20,000 nt of DNA, from assembly GCA_905331295.1 (NCBI GenBank), contig CAJNYD010000281.1, forward strand, positions 49,418 to 69,417, read 5' to 3'. The notes under the pieces were generated by a model. The model did no database searches, was not told where the DNA came from, and saw nothing but the letters and a program-made list of their open reading frames with translations. Made by a program: the position numbers and the translations under genes. Shown one piece after another: positions 1 through 11,759 of this stretch (position 1 is the first letter of the stretch; every line of letters starts with the position of its first letter). Origin of the DNA: Rotaria socialis (taxonomy: Eukaryota).

Positions 1-98
1 ATAAAGGTGATTTCATTATTCGTGCAGCTGTATCAGAGGTACATCATAATCGAAATCATGAACAACTTGGTCAATTCTACGTCACCATTCGACAATAG
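1..98 (+). CDS. Probable 3' end (last exon) of a host gene entering from the left edge
   Basis: The frame starting at 3 reads KGDFIIRAAVSEVHHNRNHEQLGQFYVTIRQ* (TAG 96-98) with protein-like composition. It is followed by T-rich UTR-like sequence and AATAAA at about 175. Too short to identify. Confidence 0.5.
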   Translation, partial: KGDFIIRAAVSEVHHNRNHEQLGQFYVTIRQ

Positions 99-458
99 CG
101 ACAACGGATATTTTCTTTTTCTTTTTTGTTTATTTCTTTCTTTGTTTGTTTATTACTTATCTTGTATAATTTTCAATAAAAGACAACATTCATTATCTCC
201 AATTTATGTAAAATAGAAAAGGAAACCATTAGATTATAATCATACGATTTTCGATCAAGAATGTTAACATAAATTATCGAAGAAATCATCACTAGATTGA
301 TTTTGTTTTGACTAATGTATGCTCACATTGTTTTTTTTTAATCCAAAAAATACATTCCAATGAATTGAAATTTCATTCTAGTGAAATGATTTATTTCTAA
401 TTCAACAACAACAAAACAGAATTAACAACAAAACAAAAAAAAAAGAAATAATGTCATT

Positions 459-767
459 TTAAGCAGCAGGACATTTATTTACATCCATTGTTTGAAGTTG
501 TTGAATCATTTCATTGTCATCTTCATAGTCATCATCATAGTCGTCGTCGTCATATTCTTCATCTTCATCAGGATAGTCATCATCGAAATCGGGACCTAAT
601 TCAATATCTAATTCATCTTCTTCGATCTGGACTATTTGAATATTTGCCATATCATGGATTTGACTTTCAATCGATTTCTCTTGAATAAAAAATACTCGAT
701 TGTTTTCAAGATCAGGAATTATATCAAGAGCGATGATAGACGATGATGTTGTTGTTGTTTTATTCAT
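459..767 (-). CDS. Small hypothetical protein (102 aa) with a long Asp/Glu/Tyr acidic tract
   Basis: ATG in AAAAATG context; stop-free ORF in very AT-rich DNA; (TA)n and (GA)n tracts just upstream (811-868). No family recognised. Confidence 0.55.
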   Translation of the reverse strand: MNKTTTTSSSIIALDIIPDLENNRVFFIQEKSIESQIHDMANIQIVQIEEDELDIELGPDFDDDYPDEDEEYDDDDYDDDYEDDNEMIQQLQTMDVNKCPAA

Positions 768-3700
768 TTTTTTTTAACAATGATATAACATTCCACAGAA
801 TGTTCATCAGTATATATATATATATATATGTATTATCATGTCATTTTTTCTATTTCTCTCTCTCTCTCTGTGTCTATTTTTTAGCCAATGAATTAAATAT
901 TTTTAAATACTTGATTCAAACCTATTGAGAAAATGACATTAAATCAGCCATTTTCTACTTTCATTATTCTATTTCCATATTGTATGTCCCTCAATGTAAA
1001 TAAAGTCATTTGTCACTAGTCTTCCAACAATATGATTCATTCTGTTTTTCTCGTTGTTCAAATGAAATATTAGTTCAAAAAAAAAATAATAATAATCTTC
1101 ATTGTATTCCATACATTTTACAATGATAAAGTTTATATACCACCTATGAGAAAAATCTCAATGTTAAATAAATCATGTCTGAATTGAAAATGGAAAGGTT
1201 TATTTATTTATTATCACAATATTCATTTAAAATATGTTAGAATAAAATCGAGGTTTTTCTTTTTTTCTACATATCTAGATGAATATGAAATGTTAACTGA
1301 ATACAATGGATGATTTTCAATAATTTCATTCGAATTTAATGATTTTGAAAATATAAATTGTGATAATAGTGCTTTTTTAGTATTATTTAAATAAATATTC
1401 ATTAAAATATAACTTTTCTATTTTCTTCATATGTTTTTGTTTATATCAAATTATATATTTTTACAATCATCTCTCGAATAAACATTTTTAATTTCAGGTT
1501 TCAATAAATAATTTCGAATTGATAGTTGGTATGATTTTCATATGCATAATTTTAAATACAAGTAACACCGAATTGATAGTCAAAAATCAATGATACAATA
1601 GGGACCTATTTCGAATTCACTAATCATGTATTGAAAAATGAATTATTTAACATTTTGCAATTGAATTAGTTCTATCTTCATCTTAATAAATAAGAAACAA
1701 ACGGAAATAAACACTTGCATTAGTTAATAAATTATTTGAATCTTAAAATATATGACCTGTTGAACCATTTGAATAGCATCAAAAGATAAATGATCCATCA
1801 TTCATTCAAATTGTTTATTTATTTTATTTTTTGTTATTGACATATAAAAAGTTACCGTTCATCATATATATATATATATCTATATAATAATATCCACTGA
1901 TGTATAACTGGTAAAATTAATCAAATGATAATATAGCTTCTTTATTTATTAAATAAAATATCTATGATTCATGATGGAAGTAAAATAGTATATAAAAACA
2001 CATAAGATAACAAATATTACAATGAATGTTTTCCATTACTTACTAACTTAAATTTACTAAATAAGAATATATATATATATACATATATAGAAACGAAAAT
2101 GGATCTTTTAATAAAAAAAAAAGAAAGAAAATCACCGATCTCAGGATGAAACATAAGAATATATGTTTCTTGTGGTTAACATCATTACATTGCTAGAAGG
2201 TATTATTCGAAATATAACCATCTCTATTCAGACAATAACAGTTTATATAAAACAAATGTTTTTTTCTTTGATTCTCATAGAAGAACATAATCATTCGAAA
2301 CTTTTTCGAATTATATGATGATGACTTTGTACAATCGGTATATGATTTCGCTTATCTCATGAAACATGCTCATATTATGATCAAGTCTATAGATTTTTGA
2401 ATTTACTGTCATTTACGTATTTAATTGTTTTTTATTTATCGACACCGAATAAAAAACAAACATGTCTACAAGTAACAATCTAGTTTTTTTTTTCATTCAT
2501 GTCAATATGCAAAAGATATATTTTCAAAGGTATTACTTAATTTAAACAACAATGATGTATCTTGTTTAACATATAAATTCGAAATCATTTTTGTACAATA
2601 TGTTGTTTTCTCTTTAAAATTTATGTTTCATTATATATCTTTGTTATGACTACATTGACACTTAACATAAAGAAAAATTATTTAATCATTATGAAGAATT
2701 ATATCATTCAACGAGAAACAATCAGATTAAGCAAATCATATTTTACTTCTAGTTGATTTTAATATGGATGATAAATAGTCACCACTACTAATATCTTCAT
2801 CAACATCATTTAGAATTTAGCAACATCTGATTCGAAACAAACATTCTCTCATGATCGACAATCATTAACTTTGTATATCTGATAGATTGATGAAAAATTC
2901 GTATAACTTAAACTTGTTTCTCGTCGAGTAAGAATGAAACTAATGTTTTTGTTTTTCTTTAAAACATTTGTTTTTAACAATATTCACTTGAAGAAATACA
3001 ACAATCACATGAAATATTATTAAATTTAATGAAAAAGTAAAATCAATGTGTGTTTCATTTAACATAACGAATTAGGATTCTAATCACATCAAACAAAGCA
3101 AAAAGAAAATGAATTTAACATAGGTACATTGTCAAAAATATACAACAAGTTTGTGCAACTCTATCAAATAAAGACTTTATAAATATAATGAAAGACGTTT
3201 TTCTGAACATGTGATGATATTGTTAAGGTAAAATATATATTTTTTCTTTTAACATTATTTTTTTTTGTTTTTTTAGAACACATGATTATGAAGCATTACA
3301 ATCATTCAAAGAAAAACGAAATGATTAAGTCACATGACTATTTTCATTAATCTTATAAGTTGTTCGATAAATGCTCACATTTAACATTTAAAATCAATAT
3401 AAAATAAACAATAATCCATTGTGATTGTTGTACATTTTCTTTTTAGATCATGTGAACAAACCTTTTTTATTTTATTAATCATCCAAATGATCCAATAGAT
3501 CGTCTTTTGATGACTTCTTCATTTGTTGTTGTTTTTTTGTTTATCTTTAACTACAAAAAAATAATTAAATTCTTTTCTTTTCACATTCTAGTATCTTTTT
3601 TGTTTGCTTCCTTGAATTAGTTTTAAACATTAAATAAATAAACAAACAATTTCATGATATAAAAACGAGAGTACTTTTCTACTTTACATTGTATGATTAT

Positions 3701-4580
3701 GCATCAACGCTGAACATAATACAATCAATAGAACTGACTTTTATTCAATGTTCAATCAACTATATTGAAAATGGTATCCACATGTCATCATCGAAATCAT
3801 GACCAATCTATGACTATAGTCATATCAACAACTAAATAATTATCTTCAAAAAAAATAAAAAATACATATGAATTATCGTATTTTCAAATTCAACTAAATC
3901 AAATCATCCCTTTTTATTATGTGCATTATTTTCTTTCGCTGAATCTATGAAACTACATCAAAACAAAACGAAATCATTGATCCTATTTCATATCCACCAT
4001 TTTCTATTGATTTACCAATCATGTCCTGGATTTTACTACGATTATTTTTTAGGGTCCATTATTTAGCAAATTATTAAAGATCACTGAATTTCAACTAATA
4101 TGGACAAAAATAGTTTCTTTCGATTAAAAAACATCAAAAAAATATTTTAACAGTGGCGCTCTCTTTTTGATGAATCATTTTATCCATAGATTACTGTATA
4201 ACATTTCCACTGATATGGACAAATTCAATCCTCAGAGCACAGAGTTTCCTAACTAACTCGAATATAATTGAACATCTATAATAAGATGGAATACCAAAAT
4301 ACATTTTTTGTCAAACAATCAAAGATTTTTAACAGTTTCATACTTGAAATTAGCACTCATCCTATTCAAAACATACAAAAATCTAAAAAAAGACATAACC
4401 AAAACATGAATTTATTTCACCATTCATTCCTAAACGATACCAACATGATCAACAACACTTGATTTTCATATCCCTTAATCAACATAGTTCCAAGGCTCAA
4501 TCGATTTTTAGAAATAAAGGAAAAATTTCATCGAAACAGAGTTTGAAAAATCCGCAATGACAAAACTGTTTCAAAACTGG

Positions 4581-4940
4581 TGAATTATATATCAGTCGAC
4601 GTCATTTTTCATGCTGATCACGAATCTCTCATTGGTTTTTCAATAGCATGTAGTGTCGAAGAGAAATCATCGATTCTCGAGTGAAAGCTTCGGAAAAAAA
4701 TGTCGAAAAGAAAATGTGCTCGAATCCTATTGAATTATATATGAGAAGACGTCGTTTCTCATGCTGATCACGAATCTGTCGTTGGTTTTTCAATTCAATG
4801 CAGCATCATACACAAATCATCGATTTTTCAATGAAGATCGCTGAAAAAATTCATCCATCGAAATTCAAGTCCAACCATCATGAATACTACATCAGAAGAA
4901 TCGCTTTTTCGAGCTGATCACGAATCTGTCATTGGTTTTT
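4581..4940. repeat. Three diverged tandem units with an exact 150-bp period, probably internal to a non-autonomous transposon
   Basis: The core GCTGATCACGAATCT-n-TC-r-TTGGTTTTT starts at 4613, 4763 and 4913, each preceded by TGAAT..TA.AT.AG..GA. Confidence 0.75.
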
Positions 4941-5779
4941 ATGCATCATTAAATTTGAGAAAAATCATACGTCAATCAGGGTCCCAATTAGCCGATTTCC
5001 ATGCCGTAATATCTCCATAACGGCTGTATGGAATCGCGTCATACTTTGGCATCAGGTTCGCAGGTCAGTAAGTGGTCGAAACGATCGAAAAACATAAATA
5101 AAAGTATTTGGGAAGCTACTTAGTCATGAAATGTGCTACAAGGTGCAAGGTGGCCCATGGTCTGATGGCGTCCGATAGGAATTTATGAAATAGAAAATGG
5201 GTTTTTTTTGTGGATGACAATCGCGGAATCGATTCATTATACTGTTATAAGGTATCTTTGAATAATTTTATTATATATAAATCAAAACTCATGGAAATAG
5301 CTTTGAAATAGTTTAAATTAGTTCGTCATAACAAAAAAGTGGTTGCAACAAGTGAATGTGTTATATCGAAAGCTTCAGAAATAAATAAGAAACTATCTCA
5401 TTGAGTTTTTTTCAACAGTTGAAATGCGCAAAGCTATATAATGTCAGAAGTTCAACTTAAGAATAAATTTTGAATTTTCCTAATATGTTTATACGTGAAT
5501 TGGAGATTATTGCGTTATAATTCGGAGAATTATTTAGAGGTTAAAAACGTTGAGATTAAAATGAATAATTAAAGTTCTCGGTTGTAGAATGCACTATCAA
5601 ACATGTTGTATGCAAATTCTAAGAGTTTTCAGTTCCTCTAAAATTTCTTAAGTAAGAAATATTAAGTCAAACATCAATCTGAAGCATGAATTTTACGGTT
5701 AGAAAAAGCAATTATACCCGGGACAATTTTTCATGAAGCTCTTTTGAAGATCTCCAAACCCTAAAAACCGTTATGTATT

Positions 5780-6255
5780 TAAGTGGCATCTTTAAAACTG
5801 ATCCTGATTTTAGTCCGCGATTTTTCGATTTCGGAGACGAAGGAAACCATTTAGGTTTCCGAAAAAAAGAACTCGAAAATCGAAAATAGTATTCTCGGAT
5901 ACCACCTAGGGATTCCACCCATTTGGGAATGGATTCGATTTCTTATTACGTCTGTCAGATACCAACACGGTATCCTCGGATACCTTTTCTAATACTCAAG
6001 TTTATGTTTCAAGGGCATAGGTTTCCTAGAATATCGTGTGGGTTTCCGAACACAGTACTCAGGTATTCGAGGATACCTTACACGCATTGAATTCGGTACT
6101 CTTGAAAACCGAGAGGTTCCCAACACGTCGGAAACGATTTAGGTACTGTTGAAAATATTTCAGTATTCCGGAAACCCTTTCGAAAACCAAAAACGTTTCC
6201 GATAGGGTTCGTGAACTGATATCCATTTTTCAGGATACGGAAACTTTTTAGAGTG
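5780..6255. mobile_element. Degenerate non-autonomous DNA transposon remnant (CACTA/CMC-like end)
   Basis: Dense GGATAC/GTATCC and GGTTTC/GAAACC subterminal-type motifs. The right end reads CACTCTAAAAAGTTTCCGTATCC on the minus strand. No matching left end found. Confidence 0.35.
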
Positions 6256-6562
6256 TATCCAACATCAATTCTTCAACCCAGAATCCCAAAGGACTGCATC
6301 GGATAATAGGATTTAATCAGGTTCCCATCGAATTCGTTGTCGGATTAATCGAAGTGGGTATGCCTGATCATAACAACTTCAGCGACTTTGAAAACGCATC
6401 GGGCAACGCTTTGAATGCAGACTATACATTTATTTCTTTGAATAGGTTCAACCTTGGGTAATAGACGAAAGTGCTTTTAGTTGTACGTTTAAAAAATTCG
6501 TACAAATGTCAATTAAAAATGTAAAAAAAATAATCGTTTTCACAATGGAACAAAAACATCTG

Positions 6563-7072
6563 TTATTCGTATATCAGTTGCGGTGCCACATTTTTCGGCA
6601 GCATGGCTTGTAAGCTTTCACAAGATTTTGCTCGTAGCCAATCAAGGAAAATATCAGCTGCATACTGTGTATATACTCTGTGTTCCTCTTCCAATATCAT
6701 TTCCTTTAAGAAATGATAAGAATAACACACAGTTACCTTACCATTGGCCGCGGTGTTTGTGGCCGCAAGAAGATAAGTCGCAGTTCCTTCTGTACCAAAT
6801 GCTTTAAACTCGATTTGTTTGAATTCAGACGCACCGGCTCCGCTAAATTGAATATTCAAGCAAAGCGTTTCAATGAATTCGTCGATGCCTTCGATTTCCG
6901 TTATCTTCAGTACTTTCGGTAATGCCCTTATGTATTTGTCACCATCCGCAGCAGACAGTAAAACTCTTATATTATTTACACTGCTGTGACTTTTCTGGAG
7001 TGACCTTTTTGCCAAATGTTCTTCTACTTTGTTTATATTCACACGCTTCACACGCAGTTGCACGTCACTCAT
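6563..7072 (-). CDS. Hypothetical protein A (169 aa), homologous to the N-terminal domain of ORF 7932-8801
   Basis: Intronless ORF. NNIRVLLSAADGDKYIRALPKVLKI aligns with NNIKVLKSRDEAKTYISGMCKIWKL, and LDWLRAKSCESLQAMLP with LQWLKERAYEEIHQRLP. A splice acceptor TTCTAG abuts the ATG. Confidence 0.8.
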   Translation of the reverse strand: MSDVQLRVKRVNINKVEEHLAKRSLQKSHSSVNNIRVLLSAADGDKYIRALPKVLKITEIEGIDEFIETLCLNIQFSGAGASEFKQIEFKAFGTEGTATYLLAATNTAANGKVTVCYSYHFLKEMILEEEHRVYTQYAADIFLDWLRAKSCESLQAMLPKNVAPQLIYE

Positions 7073-7296
7073 CTAGAACTAAACGAAACGATATTTATTT
7101 TAAAATGTCCTCCCTTCAAATGCTAATATGGTGTGCTACTGGAAAAGAAATATTATAAAGCATCTATTCTAGGAATAAAAGGAATGAATTTAGAAACAAA
7201 ATATTAATATTGTCGGCTGTTATATTAATATAACGAAACTAGTTTGAAAAATCTTTACAGACGAGAGAATGCTTTCGTATAAGTTACTATACTGAG

Positions 7297-7692
7297 TCAC
7301 TTCATATGTGAACACAGATTGACTTGAAGTGCGGTGATGTACACATGTAACAGTTGGTTTTCCGGTATAAGAATCATTGTTAACGTATAGTATGGTCCAT
7401 CATTAAATACTGCTGTAGCGGTGATTTCTCTCGCACTTCCATCGTGTAGTAAAAAATCTTTTATTTGTTGTAATGCTTCTTCTGAATTAGTAGCATGCTT
7501 ACAAAATTTATTGATTTCTCTGATACGACGTAAGAACTCTATCCCATGTACTTTTCTGTTCATAATATGGTAGCGCTCGTCCGACAGCTCAGGTAACGAT
7601 AGTATATTTTTCATCAGTTCTTCAATGTTGTCATCGTTTAAATTATTTTCTACGAATGTTATTGGCTTTCCTGGTTTCTTCGTGTCACTCAT
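7297..7692 (-). CDS. Hypothetical protein B (131 aa from ATG 7692), homologous to the C-terminal domain of ORF 7932-8801
   Basis: PELSDERY vs PTLANERY; IREINKFCKHATNSEEALQQIK vs IRDIAEFCKHTNDTEGALEQIR; YTLTMILIPENQLLHV vs YSLTIVAIPQDDLIHV. TTTCAG|ATG at 7692 is a better start than the TTG at 7761. Confidence 0.8.
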   Translation of the reverse strand: MSDTKKPGKPITFVENNLNDDNIEELMKNILSLPELSDERYHIMNRKVHGIEFLRRIREINKFCKHATNSEEALQQIKDFLLHDGSAREITATAVFNDGPYYTLTMILIPENQLLHVYITALQVNLCSHMK

Positions 7693-7931
7693 CTGAAAGA
7701 ATTCACATAAGACAGTTTTATAAAGAAAATGTTTATATTCTGTTATATATGACTGAAGCAAGTGTCAAAAATGGGAAAGCGTTTCATGGAAATCATTATA
7801 AAGAGTACAATGAAGTATTTTGAAATTGTTACTTTTATTTGCTTCTTACTTCGGTTCGAACATTTAATAGGGATGTTGAAGAAGTATTTTATCAATGAGT
7901 ATCGTTTTTTTTCTGGAGCAACTTCTGATAT

Positions 7932-8801
7932 TTACTTTCGCATAGGTGTTAATCGAACATGAATACCGTTGCTACACACATGAATCAGATCGTCCTGGGG
8001 TATAGCAACTATTGTTAGTGAATACGATGCACCACCTTGATAGAAAATCCAAGCAATGATTTCCACGGGAACTTTAGTTGCCATTATATGTTGTCGTATT
8101 TGTTCCAATGCGCCTTCTGTGTCGTTCGTGTGCTTGCAAAATTCGGCGATATCTCTTATATCATATAGCGTGAGTCCATTTTTTGTCATGTTTTTCTGTA
8201 AAACACAGTAACGCTCGTTGGCCAGTGTTGGTGATGATTTTATAACACCCATTATTATCGTGACATCTTCCTGTTGCAAACGATTATCTTGAAAATCTAT
8301 GCGATTAGGCTTCCTTTCGACCATGCAATCATCTATTGGCATATTATTATCAACCTCAGGCAACCGCTGGTGTATTTCTTCATAAGCTCGCTCCTTTAAC
8401 CATTGTAAAGCAGACCGTTCATCGGCTGGCTGTATATCTGCCTGCCTCGTGCGTACAGCTGTTCGTGTCAATTTATGATTAGTATTCGTGATTTGTATTG
8501 ATTTTCTGTCCGTTCCGAACTGGATTAAAACTAAGATGCAACAAAGATCTCCTTTTTCATCGATAAATTCGAAGCTGTTTGTTATGCTATCATGTAGATT
8601 GTCAATTGCTTTGATGTTTTCTTTACTAAATTTAGCACCATCATGAAACGATTCGAGTTTCCAAATTTTACACATGCCACTTATGTAAGTTTTAGCTTCG
8701 TCTCGTGATTTTAACACCTTGATATTGTTGGTTGTTGTATATTTCCAATTGTCTACCCCTTTAAGATCATTATTAGTATTGTACCGTGCAATAGTAGCCA
8801 T
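7932..8801 (-). CDS. Hypothetical two-domain protein C (289 aa): A-like domain followed by B-like domain
   Basis: Long intronless ORF with homology to both neighbours. Acceptor TTTTAG lies 19 nt upstream of the ATG, and a TATA-like (TA)n run is at about 8917-8938. Confidence 0.85.
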   Translation of the reverse strand: MATIARYNTNNDLKGVDNWKYTTTNNIKVLKSRDEAKTYISGMCKIWKLESFHDGAKFSKENIKAIDNLHDSITNSFEFIDEKGDLCCILVLIQFGTDRKSIQITNTNHKLTRTAVRTRQADIQPADERSALQWLKERAYEEIHQRLPEVDNNMPIDDCMVERKPNRIDFQDNRLQQEDVTIIMGVIKSSPTLANERYCVLQKNMTKNGLTLYDIRDIAEFCKHTNDTEGALEQIRQHIMATKVPVEIIAWIFYQGGASYSLTIVAIPQDDLIHVCSNGIHVRLTPMRK

Positions 8802-10078
8802 TGGCGATTCACCGTTTGATCTAAAACAGCAATATAATTCTGAGAATCCTGCTTTTTTCCTTCCTGGATTTATTCATCGTCAATGATGTTACACATTCAG
8901 AGTTTCAGTAATACCCCTATATATATATATATATATATGCAATAATCAATGATGACATCTCCGAAGCGCAAGTGTCATGCCTTCTGTCGAATATGTGTCG
9001 TCATCTCCGAAATCTTGATTATTGGGACATCATTTGATGTCAAGCATACTTTAAAACTTCCAAAGATAAAACATCTGCTACGTCAATATGTTCAACATCA
9101 TACTATGTCTGTGGTCCTTTCAATAATATATCCGTAGCGTCACAGCACGCGTATTTTGTTTTTCAACGTTGAGACCACAATACAGTTTATTAGAACTGTG
9201 CAGTTTCTGGGCAAGGGCCTTTTAAATCTAAAAAATGCAACAATGTAAATGGTGCTTCAAGTCTGAAACGTTGAGATTTAGCTTATGTGGATGATTTATG
9301 ACCATGGCTAGAATACATAGCATTATTAAGCGAAGAAATTCAAATAGTTTTGTAAAACAAATCTCTACATTAGTCACCGGTTCATTGCCATGAATTTCAT
9401 GAACAATTAGCGTAAGTGTTTGAAGGAGGGTTTGTTAGAAAAATTCGTTCGTAAGATACCGATAAATGTTTGAGGAAAGAGCCTGACTGATTAAAAGTTT
9501 TTGTTCGAAAATGCATCCACATTACTGGCGTCATCATTGTCTCTCAATTTCACAATATTTCTTTTTCCCTATGCTCGACCGACATTGACTGCTTTCTTTT
9601 GATACATCTGTTTTCAGTTACAACTAAACTACGACTCGTTTAAATATATACAAACTTGAAAATAAATTTATTCATAGATGCTTAACTACCGACCGTGAGG
9701 TGGTTCAAGATTATCGAAAGGCAACAGGTGTATAGTACACTTTTATGCAATATATGAGATGAAATCTAAATTTAATGAAAAAAACTCTTGCAGTAAACAA
9801 ACAAACTTAAACGGAGTGGAGAAGGAAAAGGTAGCGTTGATAGTAATACACAAAAGAAGCACAGATTCATATAGAGAATAAGTAAAAGTATGCCTAACTG
9901 CTGACAACAAAAATGATGCGTACGGATGAGTCGTCAGCAACCATAAAAACCGTGGAGGAATACTCCGAGGCTACATCTATCGTTTAAAACTATCGGCGTC
10001 CTGTAGACAGGCAATCTTATTTATTAAAAATGCAGGCAAGCTCACTTGAATAAAGTTAAGAAAGAAAAGTGACTGTTG

Positions 10079-10282
10079 TCCAGGAGAATGGCTCCAGTCG
10101 CCTGAAACGGCTATAAAACGGTGTATTACGGATCCTCCTTTTACTATAGAAAACGACCATGGTTTCTGTATAGTTTTTAACTCTGTAATCTCGTATCACG
10201 GATAACGGCGCCGTTTTACAATGTTTTTCACCATTAAGGGGATCTTTAAAACCTTTTACGGCGCCGTTGGTGTTGACCTGGG
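10079..10282. mobile_element. Degenerate MITE-like element with CCAGG...CCTGG ends
   Basis: Short inverted ends TCCAGG / CCTGGG, repeated AAACGG/CCGTT motifs, and two ACGGCGCCGT palindromes (10205-10214, 10258-10267). Confidence 0.35.
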
Positions 10283-10667
10283 TGTCTATGATTATGCTAC
10301 ATTGTACTGTGAACGTATTAAATGGGAAAGCGTACGTCTGGGTGAAATTGTGTGATGTTTTCATTGTGACAGTAATAGTAATAAGCTGGTGATGTCATAT
10401 GTTAGCGGAGTACAATTCTTTCTGAAATTTGTTTACGAAAGAGACGAATCGTTTCGTTGCAACTAAGATAAATTAATATACATTCGGCTATGAGAGTTAT
10501 CGTACCAAAATAGATAGTCGAGAGACATAGTGGCGTTTTACTAGGTGTCTGTGGACATTTTTTCTTCGTTTGGAAAATTCGAATATTTGTCCGACTTGTA
10601 TGAAGGATCGCTTGAAAACATATTAAAAATAAGCATAGCAGAGTCTATAACATTTTCTTTCTCTAAC

Positions 10668-10893
10668 TAGGGGTGGCACATTAACTTTACTTTAACTGTG
10701 AAGTTTAAAGTTGTTTAAAGTCGCCTTTTAACGCTATTTTTTAATACTTTTTACTAAACTAAGGTATTTAGTCATGCTTTTTTGTGAGTATCTGTAACAA
10801 ATAAGACGTATAAAAGAAGCATTTAAGCGCGACTTCAGAAAAACTTTAAACTCTACACTTTACGATCAATATAAAGTTAAAGTGCCGCGTCTA
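10668..10893. mobile_element. hAT-type MITE (226 bp) with 8-bp target-site duplication
   Basis: Left TIR TAGGGGTGGCACATTAACTTTA vs reverse-complemented right end TAGACGCGGCACTTTAACTTTA. Flanks TCTCTAAC (10660-10667) and TCTCAAAC (10894-10901) match 7/8. Further internal inverted similarity (GTTTAAAGTT/AACTTTAAAC, AAGTCGC/GCGACTT). Confidence 0.8.
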
Positions 10894-11133
10894 TCTCAAA
10901 CAGAAGGTGTATATTTTAGAAGTATCTATGGAGTGTTCAACGATACCTTAGCAATAAGATTCTATTCTACGTGCTTTATAGTCTTACCTATTCAACTCGT
11001 GTGATCCAGTATTGCCCATTAAAGTGTTGAGGATTCACGTCTAAAAAGAGTTAGTTCGTAGTTCTTTTATTGCATTTCAAATACTGTTTTAGTATCGTCT
11101 TGGAAGACAAATTAAAGAAACTGCTCAAGATAC

Positions 11134-11297
11134 CAGCAGTGGCACAGTTCCGAGAAAACATCACTTTTCCTACCCAAAGTCCCGTGAACAAGTGCCGCCC
11201 CCAGTAAATTCATATGGTGGAACCTTAGGTAGAGGATGAAGGACTTTTCACAGGAATTTGGGTAAAGTGGACTTTATCTGAATCTTTGCCACCCCTC
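11134..11297. mobile_element. Older fold-back hAT-like MITE
   Basis: CAGCAGTGGCACAG...TACCCAAAGTCCCGTGAACAAGT vs reverse complement of the right end GAGGGGTGGCAAAG...TACCCAAATTCCTGTGAAAAGT. No clean TSD. Confidence 0.55.
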
Positions 11298-11759
11298 AAC
11301 ATTTCTCCGTTCAATTCAATGTCTCGATGCTTCTCGAAAAAATTATTCGGCAATGATTAGCGATTATATTTATTTGGATAAGATAATTATTTTTATGTCC
11401 TAATATTTATGATGGAAGGCTCAGTTCATCGCGGTAAAGAGAAAAGCTTAGCGAAAACCACTAGCGAAACTATGCATATGACTCTGGACGACAACAGATT
11501 TGTCAATACAGACGTTTTCTCCTGAAATTATCACAGACATCAGCACAAAAATGCTTCCATCCCGACATACAGATTCTTACATCTGAACAACGTCTGCTAT
11601 ATTACACTCCTATAGAAAACGCATTATGAAAATTCATAGAGACATACTCACGAACAGCTTTTCAGTGAATTGTAGAAAAAACTTCAAAAACAAAATCATA
11701 CTATGCAATCAGAATTGTTTTTATAAAGAACAAAATAAGCATCTTCAGATATATGACGT

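Noticed and set aside
787..810. Minus-strand CTGATGA followed by a perfect hairpin (ACATTC-TGTG-GAATGT), resembling half a hammerhead
   Set aside because: No GAAA after the stem and no stem I or III partner.
2100..4460. Exon-like fragments (e.g. KNIIIRNFFELYDDDFVQS at 2281-2337 on +; PGHDW*INRKWW and LIVLCSALMHN on -)
   Set aside because: Interrupted by stops and cannot be joined into a gene. Possibly old pseudogene debris, but unsupported.
6583..7158. Short + strand ORFs overlapping ORF A, and similar antisense ORFs at 488-688, 12330-12596 and 14398-14640
   Set aside because: Antisense shadows of better-supported minus-strand genes or transposon sequence.
10056..10364. 102-aa minus-strand ORF (and the 68-aa ORF at 5712-5918)
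   Set aside because: Both lie across degenerate MITE-like repeats and show no protein motifs.
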